Origin: a candidate division WWE3 bacterium RIFCSPHIGHO2_01_FULL_40_23
GTDB taxonomy: Bacteria > Patescibacteriota > WWE3 > UBA101185 > 2-01-FULL-41-18
Reading direction: 5' to 3'
Length of the DNA: 64,000 nt
Assembly: GCA_001772615.1 (NCBI GenBank)
Contig: MEUZ01000003.1
Coordinates: 286,433 to 350,432 of the forward strand
Position 1 is the first letter of the stretch, and each line of letters starts with the position of its first letter. The position numbers and the translations under genes are program-made. Under the pieces are notes generated by a model. That model did no database searches and had not been told where the DNA came from. It saw only the letters and a list, made by a program, of their open reading frames with translations. This document shows positions 58,007 to 64,000 of this stretch, one piece after another.

Positions 58007-60394
58007 TTAAGTTTGCGTTCTTCTATTAATATCCTCTTCAACTATATGCTTCTCTACTCCGTACTTCAAGCGTGATTTCTCTCTTATTCTTTCGGATAAT
58101 GACTTTTTTTCAGGAGACTTGGCGAGAGTTTGAAGCTTACTTATCTCATCCCAATTAACTTTTAGAGAAAAAGGCGGTGAGGGGTGACCGTTAATAAGAA
58201 GCCTAATATACGAATTTCCTATTGGAAGGTTAATTAAATCGGTTTTATCAAAAACGGGAGTGAACTGATTTTCAAGATAAACGGCGTCATCAACACCAAC
58301 TCTAAAAGAATTAATCGTGCCCACATTTCCAAAAACGGCTGTTTTTATATCATCCGAAAGCTGGGCAACAAACTGATTTGCCATTATCATGCATAATTTA
58401 TACTTTCTTGCTTCGGATAAAATAGTTGCGATATCGGGAGTAGAAAAATTCTGAAATTCATCAATGTAAAGATAAAAATCAGGAAAATCAACTTTTCCCA
58501 AAGCATCCGCACGGCTTAAAGCCGCCCCAAGAAGCCTCGGAACCATTAAAAGACCCAAAAAGTTTGAATTTTCCTCCCCTATTTTCCCTTTTGAAAGATC
58601 AACAAGAAGAATTTTCTTGCTATCCATTACTTCCCTGAAATCAAAAGCCGATTTTGACTGACCGATTATATTTCTCATAATCCTTTCGGTGACAAATCTA
58701 TCAACTTTTGAAACAAAATAACCTGTTTTTTCGCTTTTATGAAACTCCGAGGTCCCTGCCATTTCATCAGTCCAGTACTTTTTAACAAGCGGGTCTTTGA
58801 TTAAAGGGATTTTTTCCTTGGCGTAATTTTTGTCAATTATCAGCCTTAAAACTTCTACCATCGTGTTCCCCGGCTCTTCCATTGCCGTAAGCATTACGTT
58901 TCTTAAAGCCCTTTCAAGCTGAGGGCCCATAATACCCTGATGATTGGGGTCATAAAGTTTATATAAGAGTGAAATAAAAGAGTTTACGATCAAATGCTTC
59001 TGGGTTTCGCTTTTTGCTTCAAGAATGTTTAGGCCAAGCGGGCGCTCTTCATCTCCCGCGTCAAAATAAATGACGTCCTCCAGCCTCTCCTCCGGTATCA
59101 AGGGGAGCATGTCCTCTATTGCGCTTCCGTGAGGGTCAATAAATCCAACTCCTTTTCCTTCTTTTATGTCCTGTATCGCCATAAATTTCATTAACTCCGA
59201 TTTTCCTGTTCCAGTCTGACCGATTATGTAAAAATGCCTTCTTCTATCCTCGGTTGTGATTTTTACTTTCTTTTCAACCCCTCTAAAAATGCTGTCGCCA
59301 AGATACAAGCCTTCCTCGGGAAGATTAGGAGGAGCTGATGCTCTTTTACTTCTTAACCAGTTGATCCTTGGAGTTTTAATTTCTTTGTTTGGAAAATGGA
59401 AAATCGTTGCAAGTTCAACGCTGTTTAAAGTACTTGTGTTTTTATAAAGATAAATATCAAAAAAGGGTATAAAAATAGTTTTTGAAGAAAAAAACCTATA
59501 AATAAAATCTTCAACAAATTTCTTTTTAAAAAGAGTCAGTTCTTTTTTAAATCTGTTGTATTTCACATCGGAAAACTGCTCAAAAGTTCCCGTTAAATTT
59601 CTTAGATTGGCCTCGGCTTTAAACTTATCATCCGAAACCGAAACATATCTTAAGACAACATCAAAACCCGGTTTTGAAAGCTTTTTCTCAACGCCTTCAA
59701 GAAAGCTCTGATCTATATTGATCGGCTTTTTTTCAGGATTTGCCTGATGAGCTTTAATGCCCCCCACAAATCTATTACCCGCCGAAACCCATGCTTCCGA
59801 AGCGGGGCGCACTGAAATTTGAAGCGCTAAAACTTCCTCGGAAGAAAGTTTGCTCATAGCCGATGTAATACTGCTTATTCCATCCGAAGGAAGATCCTCA
59901 AAAGTTCTTAAAGGATAAAAAGGAGGGGCAGCAAGCTTTAAGGATGCGACGGCCACTTTGCCTCCCCTATCCCAGATTTTAGGTGGTTTGACTATATCAA
60001 TTTCAGCCGAAGGGTAAGCCCCGTTTATCTGCTTTTCAACAAGTGTTGCTAAATGGTTTGGGCATGAAACATAAAAGCTTATATCGGATTCTTTCCCAAT
60101 AATTTCAAAAGTGATATGCTCCTGCTCTGAAAAAAGGCCCTGGAAGAATCCTTTTTTTAAGGAGTACAGGGAAGCAAACATTTGTTCAGCCACTTTTATT
60201 TCAATTTCATTTAGTTCGGGCACCCTCACAAGAAAAAAAGTTGTGTTTAAAGCGTTTTTCTTTTTCAGGCCCGATTTTATAAAACCCGTAATAAGGCGGA
60301 GTAAAAAATACAAAAAGAGAAGAAAAATAACAACATAAAGAGCAATAAAAGCGAGGTCTATTATAGATTGAGAGGAGAAAGAATCTATTCTCAT
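58007..60394 (-). CDS. VirD4/TraG/HerA-like membrane ATPase (type IV coupling-protein-like)
   Basis: N-terminal TM; RRHFYIIGQTGTGKS; IDPHG; LYIDEFQNF; SEARKY; ANQF. Confidence 0.9.
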   Translation of the reverse strand: MRIDSFSSQSIIDLAFIALYVVIFLLFLYFLLRLITGFIKSGLKKKNALNTTFFLVRVPELNEIEIKVAEQMFASLYSLKKGFFQGLFSEQEHITFEIIGKESDISFYVSCPNHLATLVEKQINGAYPSAEIDIVKPPKIWDRGGKVAVASLKLAAPPFYPLRTFEDLPSDGISSITSAMSKLSSEEVLALQISVRPASEAWVSAGNRFVGGIKAHQANPEKKPINIDQSFLEGVEKKLSKPGFDVVLRYVSVSDDKFKAEANLRNLTGTFEQFSDVKYNRFKKELTLFKKKFVEDFIYRFFSSKTIFIPFFDIYLYKNTSTLNSVELATIFHFPNKEIKTPRINWLRSKRASAPPNLPEEGLYLGDSIFRGVEKKVKITTEDRRRHFYIIGQTGTGKSELMKFMAIQDIKEGKGVGFIDPHGSAIEDMLPLIPEERLEDVIYFDAGDEERPLGLNILEAKSETQKHLIVNSFISLLYKLYDPNHQGIMGPQLERALRNVMLTAMEEPGNTMVEVLRLIIDKNYAKEKIPLIKDPLVKKYWTDEMAGTSEFHKSEKTGYFVSKVDRFVTERIMRNIIGQSKSAFDFREVMDSKKILLVDLSKGKIGEENSNFLGLLMVPRLLGAALSRADALGKVDFPDFYLYIDEFQNFSTPDIATILSEARKYKLCMIMANQFVAQLSDDIKTAVFGNVGTINSFRVGVDDAVYLENQFTPVFDKTDLINLPIGNSYIRLLINGHPSPPFSLKVNWDEISKLQTLAKSPEKKSLSERIREKSRLKYGVEKHIVEEDINRRTQT

Positions 60395-60439
60395 AAGGCA
60401 GATTTACTTTTTAATTATACAGGTAAAAGCGGGAAGGCT

Positions 60440-60790
60440 CTATGAAGATACAGAATGTATGTAAGCACCCTCCATTTCAGAGGCGTCCTTAAATAACCCA
60501 TCGGCCCCCAAAATTACAGGGTGTTGTTGGGAGGGTTCACCAGGGGAAACGGCGGCGCCCTTGGATTCACCTTCGGGTGCAGGAGGAGGAGACACTCCCA
60601 AAGGAGGCCTTTCACTGATAGCAGGAGGCACAGGCGGGGGAGCCGTTTCGGTTTCTTCGGCCAAGATCCCTTGGAGTGTTTCAAGATGTCCAACAGGAGC
60701 CTCAGATCCCGGCGCCGCTTCCGAGGGCTCTTTCAGAGGAGGCGTTGGTTCAGTAGTGGGTGAGAAGTTAGGAGTGTAGGCAGTAGCCAT
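60440..60790 (-). CDS. Pro/Glu-rich, probably disordered hypothetical protein
   Basis: TATAAT 6 nt before the ATG; co-oriented with neighbours. Confidence 0.6.
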   Translation of the reverse strand: MATAYTPNFSPTTEPTPPLKEPSEAAPGSEAPVGHLETLQGILAEETETAPPPVPPAISERPPLGVSPPPAPEGESKGAAVSPGEPSQQHPVILGADGLFKDASEMEGAYIHSVSS

Positions 60791-60832
60791 AACTTTATTA
60801 TAACGTATGAAAAATCAATCTGTAGTATGAGA

Positions 60833-61246
60833 TCAGTTATGGCTTCTTATACCTTTAAAAAATCTCTGCTTCCTTTCACCTTCGTCATCGCCATCCTGTT
60901 TTTCAGAAGGCTCCCCGGAAATCTCATCTTTAAGATCCGAAACATAGTCTTCAACCTGTTCTCTAACGGGCTCCGACACCTCTTCCACTTTTCTTAAAAT
61001 GGGTTCAATCTTTTCCTTAATCTCTGAAAGTTTCGGCTCGGCCTTCTCTCTGGCTTCAGAAACTTTCTCTGATATATCTCTTGCCAAATCCCCCATAGCT
61101 TCTTTTTTATCATCATATAAAGCTTTGAGCCTTGTTCTTGTTTTTTTACCTTCATCAGGAGCAAAAAGTAGCCCCAAAACACCTCCGATGATGGCTCCTA
61201 CAGCAACTCCGAACAAAAACCCCTCGGCTTCCCTTTTTTCACACAT
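60833..61246 (-). CDS. YtxH domain protein
   Basis: FLFGVAVGAIIGGVLGLLFAPDEGKKTR; SD AAGGAGGG. Confidence 0.88.
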   Translation of the reverse strand: MCEKREAEGFLFGVAVGAIIGGVLGLLFAPDEGKKTRTRLKALYDDKKEAMGDLARDISEKVSEAREKAEPKLSEIKEKIEPILRKVEEVSEPVREQVEDYVSDLKDEISGEPSEKQDGDDEGERKQRFFKGIRSHN

Positions 61247-61247
61247 T

Positions 61248-61517
61248 TTAATCACCCTCCTTTCCACCCTTTTTAAAATCTTTTATGGCGCCAAGCACTT
61301 TAAGGCTTGAAACAATACCAGTGGTCAAACTTGATATAGCAGTAATCGGTCCCGCAACTGAATCCGTAATATTCTCCGCATTATCTAAAACACGGTTCAT
61401 TTTCTTAATTGTTTCGCGAAATTCCTTAAGAACAGTAACAACATAAATCCCTACAACAATAAGGTTGATTGTAAGTAAAGTGAGAATAATAACAAGAACA
61501 ATCTGATAATCTATCAC
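61248..61517 (-). CDS. YtxG/DUF948-like membrane protein
   Basis: TM then LKEFRETIKKMNRVLD; GTG start; adjacent to ytxH-like gene. Confidence 0.7.
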   Translation of the reverse strand: MIDYQIVLVIILTLLTINLIVVGIYVVTVLKEFRETIKKMNRVLDNAENITDSVAGPITAISSLTTGIVSSLKVLGAIKDFKKGGKEGD

Positions 61518-61579
61518 AGGCAGTACCTTTCTTTTGGGGATCAAAACGAGTATCACACAGGGCAAAGAGGTAGTCAAGA

Positions 61580-61606
61580 GAAAGGGGCCAAAGGCAGACA
61601 GGCCCC
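61580..61606 (-). terminator. Terminator-like hairpin
   Basis: Minus strand ggggcc...ggcccc followed by tttct. Confidence 0.5.
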
Positions 61607-61617
61607 CAAAACCAAAG

Positions 61618-62022
61618 CTAAAGGAAGCGTCCGGGAAGCTTTTTAATTTCACTTTTTAACTCACTAAGCTTTCCCACAACTTCCTCCGGAGGAAAACCAG
61701 GTGTGGTATAAACCGCAACGGACCTACCTAACACCCTCCTTTCTGCTATCATCAACCTCCAAGGAAAAAGGATCAGCATCTTTTCATGGCGATCCGCACG
61801 TGTTGAACAAAACTCCAGACCGGCAAACCACTCATAAGAATCATCCGTTTCAATCCCACCCCGCGCTCCTATAAAACCGGGAACTTTCTCCGCCGCCATG
61901 GCAAGATCCGCTCCGACACTAATAAAACGCGACCTAAACATTTGGTTCAACTTCAAAACCCCCCAGGGAAAAAACGGGCCATTAAAACCTTGAAGTTGGG
62001 TTTTAACCCTCTTTCCGCTCAT
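61618..62022 (-). CDS. Hypothetical protein
   Basis: 134-aa ORF with SD-like AAGGGAGAG; followed by a hairpin. Confidence 0.6.
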   Translation of the reverse strand: MSGKRVKTQLQGFNGPFFPWGVLKLNQMFRSRFISVGADLAMAAEKVPGFIGARGGIETDDSYEWFAGLEFCSTRADRHEKMLILFPWRLMIAERRVLGRSVAVYTTPGFPPEEVVGKLSELKSEIKKLPGRFL

Positions 62023-62039
62023 TAGAATCTCTCCCTTTT

Positions 62040-62954
62040 TTAAAAGTTTTTGAACTCTTCTTCTTTTTCCTCCCCCTCTTTGCCAAAAACCCCAAGGTCA
62101 TTTCCGTTAAACTTCACAGTTAGCACACCGGCGTTTCCTGCCTTTAACTTTATGGATGAAGAAGCCTCAAACACCCTTGATGTGCCAAAAAGCATCGTTC
62201 CTTCAAACTCCTTCCTTCCGTCGCTAAAAACCAAAACAGGGCTTGATCCCGACTTGGCAAAAAGCTCAAGCTTTAGCAAGGAGACCTCCGCCGCGCCCTC
62301 TTTTTTCACTACCACGCTTCTTGTAATTCTTGTTTCCTTTCCAAGTTTATTAACGGACAAAAAGTTTAAAGAGTTTAAGCCCTCCGACAAATCAACCCTG
62401 AAAACAAAAGTGCCATCGGGATTAATATTTATTTTCTGCCCGTTTAAAAAAACCGATGAGTCTCGGTCCGTCCTTCCCACAACCTCAAGACTTTCTTCGG
62501 AGTAGGCTATATCAGAGCTTGGGCTTTCCACAACCAAAGAGGGTGCTCCTGTATAAGATCGGTATTGATAAAAAAGGTATGCAAAAAATGCGAGTATTAA
62601 GATGAGCGTTGAAAAAACAATCACGGTTGCGGGCGTTATTAAAAACCCGGGCGATTCAATAGGCCTTATAACCCTTGGTTTTTTGACTTTTTTTTCATCA
62701 AATTCTCTTCTGAAAAACGCGAGAACTTCATCAACATTTAAATCAAGAACACTAGCATAAAGCTTTAAAAAGCCTTTAGTGTGCACAAGGCTTGAAAACT
62801 GCGAATAGTCATTTTCCTCAAGGGCCAAAAGATACTTTGGATGAATCTTTGTAAACTTCTGAACATCCGTTAAGGAAAGCCCTTTTTTCTCCCGCGCGGA
62901 TTTAAGCATTTCTCCGACAGTTTTCATTGACGAACCTATCTTAGCTTCATTCAT
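62040..62954 (-). CDS. rodZ: RodZ-like protein (HTH, TM, Ig-like domain, DUF4115-like C-terminus)
   Basis: VGEMLKSAREKKG...YLLALEE...GFLKLYA; KAGNAG...FNG. Confidence 0.8.
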   Translation of the reverse strand: MNEAKIGSSMKTVGEMLKSAREKKGLSLTDVQKFTKIHPKYLLALEENDYSQFSSLVHTKGFLKLYASVLDLNVDEVLAFFRREFDEKKVKKPRVIRPIESPGFLITPATVIVFSTLILILAFFAYLFYQYRSYTGAPSLVVESPSSDIAYSEESLEVVGRTDRDSSVFLNGQKININPDGTFVFRVDLSEGLNSLNFLSVNKLGKETRITRSVVVKKEGAAEVSLLKLELFAKSGSSPVLVFSDGRKEFEGTMLFGTSRVFEASSSIKLKAGNAGVLTVKFNGNDLGVFGKEGEEKEEEFKNF

Positions 62955-63876
62955 ATGTGTATATTTTTGATACGTCTAACTTTTTTGACACTTTAGTTTT
63001 TGGCGTCTTCATAAGCGTATACAAGTTGCTGCTTGATCCTATTGATAAAGCGCTTTCATACCTATTGAAATTAAAAAGCGCATAAATTATTGCTAGATTA
63101 AATTCATTTATTATACTCTGCACCAAAAGAAACCTCTCAAGCGACCTTTCGCTTGATCCGAAGCAGATATATGCTTTCCCAAAACTACCCCATAGAGCCT
63201 CAAGCTCTCGTGATAGAAAAAGCTTAAAGCCTGAAGGAGTGTAAGGAGGATCTGAAAATACCACATCATAACTTTCAATTAAATCCTTGGGAAGCCCCTC
63301 TCTTAAATCGGCATAGTAAAGCTGTATATCAAAGCTTTTCTTTTTTGCAACGCTTTCTATAAAAGAAAGCTGGGATGGATCTATGTCACATACTGCAACA
63401 TTTTTAAACGCACCTATTTCCAAAAGGCAAAGAGAAGTAAGATCATCATCACCAAGAAAAAGTATTGAGGCATCTTCATAGGCTTCATTCTCCATTAAAA
63501 ACTTGATTCTTTTTACCTGCGTGTCTTCGGTGGAATAAAACTGGTCATATTCTCTTTTAGGTTTAGGTCTGGAAGTGGCACACTCTTTGTAAAGACTATG
63601 GATCAAAAGCTCATCTGAAGCCTCAAAAGCCTTCTTATTAAAAGTAAGAGAGGATAAAAACTTTTTCCCGTTATCATTTAAAATAAAAAAGTTTGAAACA
63701 GGTTCTAGATAAGAAGAAAAATTATCGCGAAACTTTTTAAGGGTTTCTTTTGAAAATCCGGTTTTTCCTATAAGATCATGTGTTGAAATTCTTCCCTCTC
63801 TTTTAATATTTTCAAGAATAAGAAAAAGGTCGCCGGAAGAAATCCCAACTTTTTCGCTAAGATTTTTTAGATCCAT
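62947..63876 (-). CDS. Branched-chain polyamine synthase (BpsA/DUF43)-like aminopropyltransferase with N-terminal HTH-like extension
   Basis: YDQF, LGDDDLTS, DID, DLR..LP, DPPYT..G..LFLSR motifs. Confidence 0.8.
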   Translation of the reverse strand: MDLKNLSEKVGISSGDLFLILENIKREGRISTHDLIGKTGFSKETLKKFRDNFSSYLEPVSNFFILNDNGKKFLSSLTFNKKAFEASDELLIHSLYKECATSRPKPKREYDQFYSTEDTQVKRIKFLMENEAYEDASILFLGDDDLTSLCLLEIGAFKNVAVCDIDPSQLSFIESVAKKKSFDIQLYYADLREGLPKDLIESYDVVFSDPPYTPSGFKLFLSRELEALWGSFGKAYICFGSSERSLERFLLVQSIINEFNLAIIYALFNFNRYESALSIGSSSNLYTLMKTPKTKVSKKLDVSKIYTYE

Positions 63877-63880
63877 AACT

Positions 63881-64000
63881 TTAAATTTCTTCTTCGGCAG
63901 GAGTTAACATGCTCTCGGGGTTTCTAATAAGCACATCCCGCGGTTTGCTTCCGTCGGCGGCTCCAACTATTCCTTTTGCCTCAAGCTCATCTAGAAGCCT
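63881..64000 (-). CDS. ftsK: DNA translocase FtsK, C-terminal gamma domain (partial)
   Basis: Hand translation RLLDELEAKGIVGAADGSKPRDVLI...EEEI*. Confidence 0.88.
   Translation of the reverse strand, partial: RLLDELEAKGIVGAADGSKPRDVLIRNPESMLTPAEEEI

Noticed and set aside
58007-60394. Integrative conjugative element
   Set aside because: No integrase, relaxase, att repeats or mating-pair genes in the window
1-64000. Alternative genetic code (UGA=Gly, as in Gracilibacteria/SR1)
   Set aside because: TGA terminates conserved genes at expected lengths (e.g. tuf, rpsI, rplX), and ORFs are full-length under code 11

Overview
Core-genome window from a Candidate Phyla Radiation (Patescibacteria) bacterium. 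Evidence: rpmD/uL30 is missing between rpsE and rplO, TsaB is half-length, AlaRS lacks C-Ala, and CPR-type surface and ATPase genes are present. A Microgenomates/WWE3-like placement is inference only. TGA is used as a stop, so code 11. Nearly all genes lie on the minus strand. In transcription order: ftsK (partial), bpsA-like, rodZ, ytxG/H, a VirD4/TraG-like ATPase cluster, alaS, an ftsA-like + baseplate-J-like pair, ruvX, xseAB, mltG, rpoB-rpoC-rpsL-rpsG, fusA-tuf, the S10/spc/alpha ribosomal clusters, a SipW/TasA-like pair, prfB, ftsEX-M23, tsaE/B, and a >2100-aa repetitive surface protein that runs off the left edge and is missing from the ORF track. Most striking: (1) EF-G whose guanine-specificity motifs read NKIN (not NKxD) and GGDGR (not SAx); (2) uL3 lacking about 65-70 internal residues; (3) a circularly permuted M23 peptidase after ftsEX; (4) RpoB and uS12 substitutions in near-invariant motifs; (5) repeated -10 boxes 5-6 nt before start codons, implying leaderless mRNAs; (6) a self-contained structured transcription unit with a 26-codon ORF; (7) TGTCAT-tagged palindromic repeats, one with a nested palindrome. 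No rRNA, tRNA, CRISPR array or transposase was found. All family assignments are from motif recognition, not database searches.
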